Positions 36,700 through 50,752 of a stretch of DNA of 64,000 nt are shown in pieces. This stretch comes from Octopus vulgaris. Taxonomy: Eukaryota. Made by a program: the position numbers and the translations under genes. The stretch lies in contig OX597829.1 in the NCBI GenBank assembly GCA_951406725.2, positions 8,060,001 to 8,124,000 on the forward strand. Reading direction: 5' to 3'. The notes under the pieces are model-generated. The model had not been told where the DNA came from and ran no database searches. It worked only from the letters and a program-made list of their open reading frames with translations. Within the stretch, counting starts at the first letter, position 1. Every line of letters starts with the position of its first letter.

Positions 36700-39600
36700 T
36701 ATCAAAATTCAATGGAGGCAACATCATAATAGCTATAAATTTATGGACAATGTCATTTTAAAGGTACACTTGTGGGTATAGCAGACTAGCAGAAGAGTTG
36801 CATAAAATAGACAGGAAGGCGAGAACAAGAGCTTAATGGCAGTACCCCAGAATAATGCATAGATAACATACATCGTCAGAAAAGAATGCGAAAGATGCCT
36901 GCTAAGCATAACTGAATGTATTAAGCGTGAGGAAGAAGACCTGACCAAGTATATTAGCCAATGAGAGACTAATAAGTGCATTAAAAAGGTTTATTACTAA
37001 ATGTGGAAACTATTTGTTAGGAAGAAACAAAAATGATAATTGTGGAAAAGGAAAATGTTACATGGAAAAATTATAAGGGATATAGAAAGAATGAGAAATA
37101 TTGAATCCTGGAAGTAGCAACAAAAAGTCTTCTTGACAAAATATTGGGATTGATATTTACAGTCCAGGATTAAGGTCTTGGATAATAAAAAATATTGACA
37201 AAGTGTAGATTGTGCAGTTTAAGGGACGAGTCAAATTTTTCATGTAACATCAAAATGTTCCAAAATGGTGCAAAAACATGGGCTCAGACATGGTAATGTA
37301 GCAAGAATCATCCATCATGGTCTTATTAGTGAGGTCAACTGGTTTAAGCATAGATCACGAAAAGTCACAAAGTCCTCTGGGACTGTGACGTACAAAACCA
37401 ACTGACCATGTGATAGTACACAATAGGCCAGATATTCCGTCGTGTACAAGAAATATATTATATGTGATATTATTGACACACCAATCCTCAAGTCAAAAAT
37501 ATATCAAGTAAAGAGGAACAGAAAGTGATGAACTACAGTAGATTGAGAAGACAACTGAAAAAGAATAAGAAAATTGAAAAGAATATTGAATCCTGGAAGT
37601 AGCAAGAAAAAGGCTTTTTCACGAAACATAGGGATTGATATTTGCAGTCCAGGATGAAGGTCTTGGATAATGAAAAATATTGACAAAGTGTAGATTGTGT
37701 GGTTTAAGGGACGAGTCAATTTTTCATGTAACAACATCAGAATGGAGGAAAAAAAGAACATTTCAAAATGAAACTGATATTGAAGTGGAACATTTAAAGA
37801 GAAAGAATATTTTACAAAAACGCAATTAATGATTACAGAACACCCAAAAAGAATAAAAATTCTGAATGTAAATCATGAAGATAGAACTAATAAAAAAGTA
37901 AATAAAAAACATGACAAACCCAAAACCTAGAAATGCCCACTACTAAGAAAAAATCAAAGCACAAACAAAAATAGGATTATCAGAGATTATGAAAATCTAT
38001 CAGAAAATATATCAGAGATTATGAAGATCTAAAAATAGGAAATTCTAAAGGTGGAGACCATGACAATGGTACTGTAAAGCAGGGTATAGTGAAGAGCAGT
38101 AGATTTTACTAGAACTAATGAAAGCATATCCCAAGGATAAATCTCAATGATAAAGCAGCACTGACAATATAAAGACAAAACTTAATGTAAGACAAAGAGA
38201 CAAGAAGAAAGTTAAGAGAGATATACTGCAGAAATATAATATAAAAAGATGATGTATCTGGAATTAAAGAACTAAAACAAAAGATCCTCACTAGATTCAG
38301 TTTGCATAGAAAATGTCAGTGATTTTTTTGAGTCCAACCCAAAATAATTATGTTAAGAACTTGGTAAAAATGAAATAGAAGTCAATGCAGCATCAACAGC
38401 AGGAGAAATAAAAGGATTCTGGGGATAAGTAATCACCACTAAAAAGATTAGTCACAACGTGCTCAATATCAAAACAACCATGTGCATTATTAATAACAGA
38501 AGAAATAATCTACATACTGCAAAAATAAACGACTGGAAAGCACCAGGACATAACATCCTCAACTTCTGGTTAACAGGAACACTTAAGCTGCTATCAGAGA
38601 AATTTAATCAGATACTAACGAACCCAGAGATAACACTTGAATAGCTAATTGAAGAGAAAAAGTATCTTAATTCCCAAATCTACAGAAACAACAAGTCCTC
38701 AAAATTACTGATCCGTAACGAGTCTTCCTATAATCTTCAAAGATTTGACTGCAACAATATGATTGACAGTGAACATATAGAAGAAAACAATCTGTTTTCA
38801 GAAGGGTAGAAGAGATGTTGCAAAGACACATTTAACTGTAAAGGTCAATTACTGCAACAAAACTATATCCAAAGACTGCTGAAGGAAAAAGACAAATCTG
38901 AGCATGGATTGACTACTGGGCGGTTTTTGTTAATATTTCCATAAATGGAACACATGAACACTAGTCATGAGTAAAGTAGCTCCAGCAATAAAAAAAAAAA
39001 AAAAATGCATGAAACATTTTGTGAACAAAACCAAGAAAATGGAATTGCAAAAGCTAAAAGGGACCATTTCCATTTTGGCATCATGACATTTAATTGTTAA
39101 ATAGTTACAAATTCTATGGTAATGGAATTAACTAGTTTTCTTAGCATTTAAAAATTTTTTATGGATGATCTCAAGTTGGATTCCACTAATTGTAAACAAC
39201 AAGAAACATTGGTGCAAACAATACAGGAATTTACTGAAGAAATAAGTATGAAATTTGGTTAAGAAAAACATGCCAAAGCAACCTTGAAGGAAAAACACTA
39301 ACAACAAAACAGATATGGAAACTGAGATAAGAGAATTATACTTAATACAGACATAAAAATACTTATGAAACCAAGTTGTAGACTGTGTAAACAGAGATCA
39401 TCAGGAAGGAATATTATAGATGCACAAACTAATACTTAAAACAGAGCTATGTGCAAAATACAAAGTAACAGGCCTCAACAGTCTTGCTGTTCCAGTTATG
39501 ATTTTAATATTTTCAGTTAGGTATTAAATGAAGTAGCCAGACTAGACAGGAAAACAAGGTAAATATTGAATGCTTCTGGGACATACCACCTAAAATCTGA

Positions 39601-40400
39601 AGGTGACACACTATATTTACTAAGAATACAAAGCAATAAGAGAAAATATCCACTGTCTGACTATAAAAATATCTAGTATAGAATCAGAAAATGAATTCAA
39701 ATAGCTTGGAAACATGAAGAAAACAGATAACTGTTTTCTGTCTTTAAAAAAGACAGCAAGCACAGAGGGTTCCCTGATAAAAAAGAAAAGCTACGTAGAA
39801 AATGGAGAAGCAACAAAAATTATGGATGAGCTGAAATCTAAATTAACATTGGTAATGTTATGATAAAGCAATGGCAAGAAAAGCTCCTACATGGCCAATA
39901 ATGATAATAATAATAAAGCCAAACTGAACTGAAGGGAAAATCTTAGCACTGGCTGAGAAGTATGGTTCTCAAGCGGAGACAAATGTTCCTTGATAGTGAC
40001 TCAGGATTTCACCCTCACCAAAATGTATAACAGATCAGAATGCAGTCACTCAGTAACTATAGAATATGTGGAGATGGGGAATAGACAATTAAGCAACTAT
40101 AATTAGCTGCCAAGTTTTAGTAATAAAATAAAGATAAAAAAAACATCCACAGACATAGTAGAGTTGGATCTCATACTGGAAGTTATGCCAGAATTATGAA
40201 ATACCACAGAAAATGGATGGTGCAAGCATACTTCAGAAATGATCTCTGAGAATAGCAAAATAACCCATTATTATTGTCAAGAACCACCAATAAAAGAAAT
40301 GCCTCCCAAATGACATGAGTTCCAACAGATGATACTGTATCTCAAAAAGAGAAATAAAAATTATGCAAATATAAATATCTAAAAATGGGAATAACTAGAG
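36700..40400 (+). pseudogene. Decayed R4/Dong-like LINE fragments (RT and restriction-like endonuclease)
   Basis: WKAPG..NFWL, FMDDLKL (near 39158), CRLC..H..C, NRPDI; includes a ~160-bp direct duplication (37097/37582). Confidence 0.6.
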
Positions 40401-40499
40401 TGGTGCCATTCACTCTAACTATTTTTTACCACTGACACCCACCTTTTCACAAATTCAGTGGTAGTAGTACCCCACTTTCTACCCTCACTTTACTTTCTA

Positions 40500-40745
40500 G
40501 TGGAACTCACAAAAGTTAATGAAAGCTCGACCAAGGAGGAAGGTATAACAATGCTTGAACACTGAAAGAGAATATGTAGAACAGTTTTATCTCTATGCTT
40601 GCATCTCAAATAAGTCCTATGGGAACTTTCATACCTGGAGAGTTTGTCCCGCACTTGTAGTGCACCTCAATAGCACTGACACGACATGGATTTATGGAAA
40701 TTGTCCATAGTTATTGAAATTTCTCCAGAACAGATCACTTAGTTC
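40500..40745 (-). pseudogene. Tx1/L1-like ORF2 C-terminal fragment
   Basis: GALQVRDKL...C..KTVLHILFQC (zf-RVT-like). Confidence 0.5.
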
Positions 40746-40769
40746 ATGTCCTAGTGACTGAAAAGGCAT

Positions 40770-40900
40770 GACTCAGCTGTTAGAGTGTTACATTTACATT
40801 TGTGAGATCGTGGTTCAATTCCCAGGTCGGCTGTATATCGTGTTCTTGAGCAAAGCATTTCATTACACATTGCTCCAGTTCACTTAACTGCAAAAGGGTA
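40770..40900 (+). mobile_element. SINE family B fragment
   Basis: GGTTCAATTCC, TTGAGCAAAGCATTTCATTAC. Confidence 0.6.
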
Positions 40901-42391
40901 ACCTTGTGGTGTACAAGGGTGAGATAGTGACTCGGAAAAATAAGCTGAACAGACATCTCAGGAACTACATTTTATATTCAGTGATTGAAAGGATGAATGG
41001 TAGAGCCTGTACTGTGGATCCTGACCAGTTGAGATTGTTTGTGCAATCACTTCGAAGGTCAATCAAAGCAACCAACACATTGATACCCCATTTCCATAAG
41101 GAAGTTGTCACTTTCACACAAGTCTTTTATAGAATGCTAAAGAACAACTTTCACCAACCGCATTGCTTGACTGGCATGGAAGCATGAGTGTCTGGCAACA
41201 TTTCCAGGTTTCAGGCACCCTGTATTGGTTTCCAATTGACACAGAACTACAGCTTAGTCTAAGAGACATCTTTGGGAAAATCCATCCAACAAAGGATGAC
41301 CACTGTCTAGGAAGATTTTATAAGTTTGCCTGTCAGCATATCATCAACCATGGTATGCCAATCCTTCCACACAAAGAGTGGTGGTGGCAGAAAGGCAGCT
41401 TGATTAATGGAATGCATCTCTTCCACAAGAATTGGAAGTGCACACTAATCTAGTGAAATGAAAACTGGGACAAGGTTCTACGTCCAGGTGGTAATATAAG
41501 ACAGAAGTGATGTACTACATGTTTACTCTTGCAGCCTGATCTCTGCCCATTTCGGAGTGAAACTGACCATGCTGCTTGTCACATTATCCTAGTTCCTGTT
41601 CATCAAGAGGCACTGACCAAACTAGAGTTTAAAGTGATTTAGCTGGACCAGCCATTCAGCCCAGCATGACCTGCCTACCTAGTTAATCTTTTCTCCTGTC
41701 AAAGCCTCTCATCTCTTCGGAATGGTTCTGACCACCCTAACAGTCATGGTGTCCTACACGTTGTTCACATATGACAACATGGTTTTGCTGCATTTCAATT
41801 TAAACAAAATGACCCACAAATAATTTTCTCCCTGTAGTGACCCGAAAAGAATGGAAAGGATTTCATAGATTGAGTTTATGATTTGAAATACTTCCAATAG
41901 GTGGCCATTTATTTTGACCATTGAACAAATGCCACTTTTCCAACCATGCTCTCAATGACGAGCACCAATCTTTATGCTGGCCCCTTAGCCAAAATCTTAA
42001 AATCTTAATTTTGTTCTCTCTGTCCTAATCTCTCCTCAGCAGTACCTTCACTCTTTCACTCATAGAAATGGGAATTCTCCAGCCCTGCTATATGTAGCTG
42101 TAGACATCTTCCCGGATACCTGTGAACAATATTAGTATATAGATATAAAGATCATTGGGCAGACTATCAAAACCAGGCAATTTGAGCTTCGGACATCCAT
42201 TCTACACCAATTATATCTGAGTTGCTGTTATTGGCTTTCCACAGCACCCATCTTCTTCAGTTGAAGCTGTGGCATGCCGTTCATGTGTGTTTGTGTTTTC
42301 CTGTCCTTATGGGTGGAGCTATAGATTTGGATAATATTGCTGGGTTTGTGTGCTTTCTATTCGTTGTTGTTGTTGTTGTTGTTGTTGTTGT

Positions 42392-42429
<38 letters not shown>

Positions 42430-45400
42430 CTTGGCTGTATTTACTGTGGTTGTAATTGTTGGTATGTGATAGTCAAAAGAGTTTTTTTTTCCTTTTTTTT
42501 TCAGTGGTGACCTCACCTCCTCTTCATCGCAAGATAAGATTTCCGTATCAGAAAATTTCGATACGGACGAGTGGAGTGACATGTCTGTGCTCGTGTTTTA
42601 CCGGGGAAGAAGGATCAGACGGGAAAATCCTTTGGGCGTGGATGTTGTGTTATTGTTGTTGCTGTCATTGTCGTTCTTGATGTTGATGCTACTGTGGTTG
42701 CTACTTATGTTGCTGCTGCTTTTCCTGTCGAAACAACCGTAGCTGTTCTTCTTTTTGGTGTTGTAATTGGTTGAGTTGCTCTTGTTGAAATTGTCCTTAG
42801 TACTCCTCAATCGAAAAGTCCTTCCGAAACAGTCTAGCTAGTTCGTCTTCGCCAACGCCAACGCACAAACTCTTCTCGACAATGTCATCACTCTTCCCCC
42901 TTAATAAACCTCTATCGACTTGTAAAGTAGTACTCCCATCTATTCTGTTAATCAAATGGCAGAGGGTGATGAATGCCTGATGACATAGATGCAAGGTGCC
43001 CGGTCTTTGCTTCACCCAGGAACGCATCTCCGTCAAGGGAACGAGCTGCAGAAAAACATGCCCCAGGAATGGTGTTCACACTCGTTCACTGCTTATGAAC
43101 TTTTGCAGATGGTGCTGTCCGAACGCATGTCTGCACATCAGCAGCCGTAGCATACCTAGACTGCCGTACAGAGGATGCTGGCAGTACCACAAAAAAACTG
43201 AATAACAGACACTCAAATCTGATCAGGGTTGTAGCTGGGGAAGGCTCCGCAGTCAGGTGGTAAATACTAACAGAGGCAATGCTGACATTCCTCACCTTTG
43301 GCTATTCTTTCGGAGACTGCTTCATCTCCGACCGCTCCTGGGTAAGACAGGCTATCTTCTTCGTCATTTCGTTCTACTTCCTATCCATCGGGAAGTCGGG
43401 ATTGGACTAGACACCGAACAGTTTGACCGGTTCATTTGTCCACTATCTCACAATACCGTCTGACAACATGAACCTACCTCTCCAGGTGTTCAGCCACAAG
43501 ATCACCGACTTGTCCAAGTTGATCTTAACCGCTGCCACCGTTTCCTATTCCTTTAATATCAGACCGACCATCTCAGTTTCAGTGACGTTCCACGCTATAA
43601 TGGTGATGTCATCCACGTACACCGATATAGCCGTCCCAGCTTCCAGTTCAAACGGGATGCTTCTCAACTGATCTAGCTTTCGCAACAATGACTCGGGAGC
43701 CAACAAATATAGAAAGAACGAGAAGGCACAGCCCTGATGGATCAAGCAATGCAAAAGGGTTCTGTTTACTCTGACCACCGAACAGTTGCGGCTGTGTATT
43801 GCAGTAATCAAAACTCCCAAAACGAGTCCGAACCCGGTCGATTTCAGACGGTTTCTAAGTAACGAGGGTTGGCCATATCGTATGTTTTAGACTGATTCAG
43901 ACGGATCAGGGCCCCACTGAAGCCAGCGTTGGGCCCAGTCCTTTCTGATAATTGAGGTTGTCGTAAATTCTGTTGGGGATTGCGCACATTTGCGCTTCTT
44001 TAACCAAACCATTGATGACAAGCACCAGAAGTTTTGAAAACATCGTAGCCATTATTTTAAACTCCTTGTTTAGCAGAGTTTTGGGCCAAAATTGCATAGT
44101 CCGTCACCTTTGTCGACGTCCTTTCTCAGCAGCGTTATCCTTCCCGGCTCACAACACTGGAGTTTCCTGTTTTGCTGCCAGTTACGGTAGACGTTTGTCA
44201 GGGGATCGCCGAACAAGTCTAAAATGAATTCGTAGAATTCGCAGATCATTTAACTAGGCAATTCGAGTCTTGTGCCATTGCTCGCATATTTCAGTGGCCG
44301 TTATAGGCTTTTCGCAGGCCCTCGAGTCTTCTACCGAGAACCGTAATAGGAAGTCTAGATAGACCCAAACAGTCGCGTAGAAAGTCGCTCTCATCTGCTC
44401 GGAACCGAGAGCACGCGCCCGATCCATCAAAGACTTGATTGTGGTTTTGTTACCAAGTCGCGTCTCACTTACTCGTACCTATCGAACAGCTTGTGTTTAA
44501 GGGCATGGAGCTTAGTTTTAAAAACACAGCTTTCGCGTTTAGCCTCGAAGAAATGGTTGAGGGATAATTTCGCTGCTAGCACAATAGTCATTATGCCCTT
44601 TCTAGACGACCAACTAACTCTATCTCTAATTTATTTCTCTATAAAGCTAGCTTTTTGTAAAATAACTATAGACTCTGCTATAATTCCCAACTCCAGGCTG
44701 CCCCACTATTCTATCAACTGCTGCTAATCTAATTCACTAATTCAATTCCTGTAGTCTTTGCGTTCCTGTAAGGACTCATTCTACTTCCCATTACTGGGTT
44801 CCTATCTAAATCGCGCCCATCACACAATATCTTTTGCTGTAACTACCAGACTGAAGAAAACTACCTGCCGTTCCGGACCACAAAGAAGGACGTACACTCC
44901 ATAGAATCGGTCGATAGCCAAATCCATCCTACATAACTCCACAAATCATAACTTCCCGATCACTGTACTGGTGGAAGCAGCACAGTTTTGTACTCCGTGC
45001 ACATTTCGTGCAGCTGCGGCTGCGACATTGCCATACCTGTAAAGTTTATCTCGGACTAGCAATGCATGCTCAATAAAACATCCACACCAGGGGTGTCTGG
45101 AAAATATGTTTGGGCAAATATGTCGATGCCCAGATTTTCCTCGAGGACGTCGTCGCTTTTATCCACCACTAATCCTCTATAGAACGCCATAGTAGAACAC
45201 CCACCGTCAGCATTGCTCGACGGCTGAGGGCTGGGAGCGCTTGATAATACTCAAGGACCTAGGACCCGGCCTCATTTTACATTTGAACCAGAACTGCTGT
45301 CCTGTCAAAGAGGCGATTTGCTGAAAAGCAAAGTCAAACGGCGACCACACCTGCTCACCACAAAGGAAAAGTTAGAGACGTCGTAACCTTAGTCCATGTC

Positions 45401-47450
45401 TGTGTATCATTAGCCATGGTATGCCCAGTCATCCACGCAGCGGATGTTGGTAGCAAACGGACCATTTGACCAGCGAAACATGTCCTCACCATAGCAAGTT
45501 CTCATAAGATGCTCCTCAAAAGCTTTAACTTCTGCAGTAGAGGTTTTAAGTACGGTACATACGGAAGGAGAGACAGATCATGCGTTCAATCCTCAACGGA
45601 TTGAAGGCATGATCTCGAGCGATTCCGACAAGCAGCCATTTACTTGCAAGTTGTTGTATATTGTAGCGATCCAGCTTCTGATGGCCGGCCTGAAACCGCA
45701 AGTATCGACGAGCGACCCTATCGAAAATTTCGACTAATCTAAATTGATCGGGGCCTCATCTATGCCAGGTTCTTTACTCATATTTTCTGCGATGTATCGA
45801 GTGAGGTGGAAGTTGTAGTTGGTAGAATTATTTGGCGCATGACTGTGCCTCATCTATCAGGTATCGATGATCAGGCCTGACCGCTTAACCAAAATCTCTA
45901 CCTCTACATTGGAATCGAGTAGCATGCGCCCCTTCCGTTAAGATTGATTTGAGGCTTTTTTTTACTATTTTGTTTCTGTCACCAATACTTATCGAATGTT
46001 TTCGTTTACTAAAGCCTTAGAGCATGCACCCTAGCTCTGACAATGCAACCTTCGTACATAGTGTTGACTCAGTCTAGGGTCCAATCCTACTGTCAATATC
46101 TCTGTCTCAATTCCTTTCCTAAGAACCTCTTCTAGGTTACTCACTGGCTATCCCCCTGCTTTAGAATTTTCTATCATTATCTCGTTACTAAACCATATCG
46201 ATTCTAATCTAATATTCTTTTCAGTGTTAACAATCATCTGTTGTTGATTTCTCTTGTTAATTCCCTCATAACTATCTTTCTAATCAGGTTTCTGTAAACT
46301 TGGCGCTCTTGGAAAGAGGTAGTCATTTTACAGCAATGGGGTCCCTGTCTATGCCGCCTATTTGGGTGGACTATAGATCACAAACTTATGGTCTGCGTGG
46401 CCGACCGCTCTGAATTGTGGACAACCTATGCTGTCTCTATTTAGATGCGATCTGGATAACCCGATGTTGTTTGTCCATATCTACACTGGAGCATTCGAGA
46501 AATCCAGTCGGTATCCTTCAGCCAAATGGAAATGGTTTGCGAGACATTTACACAGTCATCTTTTATCAACTATCCTCATTCTGTCCAGACGTGTATCTAA
46601 GATGGCATTCCAATCTCTCTAAGCACTAAAGGAAAATCTCCAAACGCCTGGAGATATCTGGCAACCATTCCTCAGACGGGACATACACTGTGACTAGTCT
46701 AAGGAGCACAAACTTTACTATCGTTCACGTTCAGGCAGCTTCAGCTTACTGTTCGGATTTAAAAGATCGACTGTATCGTGAGGCCCAGGTCTTTTCTTTA
46801 AAGCGACTTCAGCTTTTATTCTTCGTGTTGCTTATCAGCATAAAATTTCGAGTGGATGTGTTTTGTTGATGTATTTGTGTGTCTGTCTGCTACTGGTGGT
46901 GGTAGAAGAAATGCTGTTGTGAATTTGTCGGCATTTGGTGTGGCTGTGGCCCAAGTGATGCTGGTGTAATCGTTTCGTTTGCTCAGAACAAGTGAAGCTT
47001 TTTTATTAAAAAAAATTATAGTCTTTTTTTATGTACTTGTTTGCTCTCCCTCCTCATAAGATATTTCCACGTCGGGAAGATTCAATGCAGGTTGGGGGTA
47101 ATGGAGGTATATTTTTGTGTATGTCCGCACGTGTGTGTGCATGTTTATATTTGAAGGGTTTGAAGGGGTGGGAATGGGAGAATAAGAAAGTTTGGACATT
47201 TTACTGAGCAGCGGATTTTAGTTCTGTTGTAGTGGGTGCCGATGTTATTGCTTCTGGTCTTGCCGTTGCGACTGTTGTTGATTTTGGTGCTGGTCTCCTT
47301 GTTTTCTTCACTGCTATTGCTGCTGTTACTACTGGACGCTACTAATGTTAGGGCTATGGTGTCGATAGTAGCGGACGCCTCCTCTTTTCTGTGTTTTTTT
47401 TTTCTATTAAGAGCAGAAAGTTCTGAAGTGGCAGCTTGTTCTACCTTCAA

Positions 47451-47883
47451 CCGTAACTTGTCTTATGAAGAAAGGCTGAAGACGCTCGACCTTTATTCTC
47501 TAGAAAAACGACGACGCCGTAGTGATCTCATTCTCGCCCACAACATCATAAGCGGAAAGTGTAACCTCTCGAAAGAGCTGTTCTTCACTTCTGCTCCAGA
47601 GCGTCGGCTGCGGGGTCACTCCGAAAAGCTCTATCTGCGACGATTTCATCTCAATCGAAGGAGAGGGGCTTTCTCCGTCCGGGTTGTGGATCCGTGGAAT
47701 AAGCTGCCAGACGAGATGGTGAAGATGCCGACGACCGCTTTGTTCAAAGCCTCCCTGGACCTCAAGTGGCCTGAACTCTTTACATGAACACCACCCTGTA
47801 CATAACTCCATGTCTCCCTACATGGCCTTGCTTTTTGCTTTTTGAGACAAAAAATTAACTAACTAACTAACTAACTAACTAAC
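47451..47883 (+). mobile_element. CR1-group LINE 3' end
   Basis: LSYEERLKTLDLYSLEKRR, LRGHSEKL, FSVRVVDPWNKLP; (TAAC)n tail. Confidence 0.85.
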
Positions 47884-48031
47884 GTAGCTAGACACCATTA
47901 CACATTCCCCACTTTGACCTTAGAATCTGTTGTGACTCCGGATCAAAACACCACCGAGAGTGACACAGGCCTCCAACCACAAGATCCTCAACCCAAGTGG
48001 AACTCTTTTTATATTAATATGAGAAGTGTCT

Positions 48032-48430
48032 AAGGCGTCGAGCTGGCAGAGACGTTAGCACGCCGGGTGAAATGCTTAGAGGTATTTCGTCAGCCTCTAC
48101 GTTCTGAGTTCAAATTCCGCTGAGGTCGACTTTGCCTTTCATCCTCTCGAGATCGATTAAATAAGTACCAGTTACGCACTGGGGTCAATATAATCGACTT
48201 AATCCGTTTGTCTGTCCTTGTTTGTCCCCTCTGTGTTTAACCCCTTGTAGGTAGTAAAGAAATAGGTATTTCGTCTGCCGTTACGTTCTGATTTCAAATT
48301 CCGCCGAGGCAGACTTTGCTTTTCATCATTTCGGGGTCGATAAATTAAGTATCAGTTGCGTACTAGATCAATCTAATCGACTGGCCCCCTCCCACAAAAT
48401 TTCGGGTCCTGTGCCTAGAGTAGAAAGAAT
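48032..48430 (+). mobile_element. SINE-like family C with duplicated body
   Basis: GAGTTCAAATTCCGC..GAGGTCGACTTTGCCTTTCATCC body twice; AATATGAGA on both flanks; other copies at 49625-49750, 50170-50420, 50612-50752 and 52855-52990. Confidence 0.7.
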
Positions 48431-49535
48431 ATGAGAGGTTCTGCTTCCTAAAATATGTTAGGCAGAGGATGTGTCTTTGTTGCACATGAGAGTTTTACTG
48501 TGTTTCAGAGAATGGGTTTCGCTCCTAAGGTGGACCTCTACATTCCCGAACTCCCTTGCCTTGATCATATGATCAGTATCTGGTCATATTTCTTTGGGGG
48601 GGTCTTTCCATTTTGGCGTTCTGCTGTCTGTGGGCGTCAATTTTAGCTGATACAAGGTGACATCTTACCTCTTCGAAGCAGCTGCTCTCAGAACCACGGT
48701 TGGTATGGCAACTTGTGCTCTTCCGATATTCACTTTCACTAGCTGTTCTGCTTGTGACAGGCCTCCTTGTTGTTTAGGGAGAGCGAACGATATTGTCTTG
48801 ATTTTGACACAATCCCAGTAAAATATTGTTTACTCCGAGGAATCGTCCTTACTACTTTGCCAGCATCCTTATTCTTTATCCTGCTGCTGCTGCTGTTGTT
48901 GTTGTTGTTGTTGTTAAGCAACAAGACGGTGGGTAAGGATGATTAGGTGATGGTCTAGGGCTTAAGGGGCGGGAGACCTTGTAAAAAAAACTTTGATCGC
49001 CTTGTTGTAGTCGAGGGCTCTTCGTTGATGCCCGACACCACTGGGAGGTGGCCCTCGAAGTCGCTGGAAATGGAGATCTCCAGGTCCAAATTCTTGAACG
49101 GCTGCTTCTGCTGGTGTTGTTGTTGCTGCTGTTGTTATTATCGTTGTCACTGTTGCTTTTATTATCGTTGAGTCATTGTTGCATGTTAAACACTTTGTCG
49201 CTACAGTTGCTGTTACTGTTGTTTTTATTTTTGTTATTGTTGTTGTTCTCGCGAGTTTCTCGTGGTATGTATTGCTGCAACCCCGTCGTTGATGAGGCTC
49301 GTTTCAGCGCCATACTTTCAATCATACGAAATTGTGGCACAATTTGGCAGTCCTACTCTTCAGCCAGTGATGGATGAGATCGCCTTCGAAGTTTTAATAT
49401 TAATTCACAACTGTGAACACGTTACTTTCAAATAAAAATTAACAAACTTTCGGGAACCGACATGACGTATTTCCAACAAAAACGTTGCTGCTGCTGCTGC
49501 CGTTCCTCCTCCTCCTCCTCCTCCTCCTCCTCCTC

Positions 49536-49622
<87 letters not shown>

Positions 49623-49749
49623 TCTATTACAGGCACAAGGCCTGAAATTTGGGGGAGAGGACCAGTCGATTACACCGACTCCAGCGTTTCACTGGTACTT
49701 AATTTTTTGCCCCCCCCCCCCATAGGATGAAAGGAAAAGTCAACCTCGG

Positions 49750-49783
<34 letters not shown>

Positions 49784-49799
49784 GATTTCATATTGGCGG

Positions 49800-50015
49800 C
49801 ACAAGATTAAAGCTTGCTTATCAAAAATTACCAGGCTATCGTTCTCCAAAATGGTTCTGACCCAAAATGCGGATTCTGCGATAAATTTGATGAAACAAAA
49901 GACCATCCCGTCTCGGGATGTCCTGTGTTGACACCAAACAAAGACAAAACCCGCCACGATGGGGTAGGACAGTATTTACATTGGAAAATATGTAAACACT
50001 ACAAAATCATCACTG
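49800..50015 (+). pseudogene. R4/Dong-like zinc knuckle fragment
   Basis: CGFCDKFDETKDHPVSGC...RHDGVGQYLHWKICKHY. Confidence 0.65.
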
Positions 50016-50752
50016 GAAGGTGCTCGAAAAATAATAGGTGTTACCTTAGTTCACTTGTAGCGAACAGCTGACACTGTAGTACATCTTCAGCGTTTGAAGG
50101 TGTGCAAAGGAAATTATAACAACAACAACAACAACATCAACAATAACAACAAGAATAATAATAAGAACCCTTTCTACTAAAAGCAGACGAAATGTCGCTA
50201 AGCGTTCTGCCCGGCATGTTAATGATTTTGCTTCTTTGCCGGTTCCAAATAACGGTTTCAAATTTTTCCACAAGAGCAGCCGTTTTGGGGGGAGGGGACG
50301 AGTCGATTATATCGATCCCAGTGTTTATCAATCCGAAAGGATAAAAGGTAAAGTCAACCTCGGCGGAACTGGAATACAGAACGTAAAAACGGACGAAATG
50401 CTGCTAAGCATTTTGACCGGCAATAATCATAATTGGCAAAATATGACCATTCCCAAGTATAACAACAATAATAATAATGATGATAATCTTTCCTTGATTG
50501 TCATAAGGGTCGAATATAAACCAAAAAGGAACAATGCGATACAAGGGGCAAAATTGGCACAAAAATTCATGAAAAAAAAAACAAGAGCACTTAATGACAA
50601 AAATTCAACAATAAAATTTGCCTTTCATCCTTTCGGGGTCGATAAATTAAGTACCAGTTACGCAATGGGGTCGATGTAATCGACTTAATCCGTTTGTCTC
50701 CTCTTTGTTTGTCCCCTCTGTGTTTAGCCCCTTGTGGGTAGTAAAGAAATAG

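Larger units (their letters stand above)
42790..49470 (-). pseudogene. Decayed, rearranged Tx1/L1-clade LINE material (ORF1 ~46800-48950, ORF2 fragments 42790-46790)
   Basis: SVYVDDITII, LLNKEFKI, endonuclease-like remnants, AAC-rich low-complexity ORF1; interrupted by CR1 and SINE insertions. Confidence 0.6.

Noticed and set aside
40906-41453. Two adjacent plus-strand ORFs as a gene
   Set aside because: No recognisable motifs or splice structure; probably decayed transposon sequence, left unassigned
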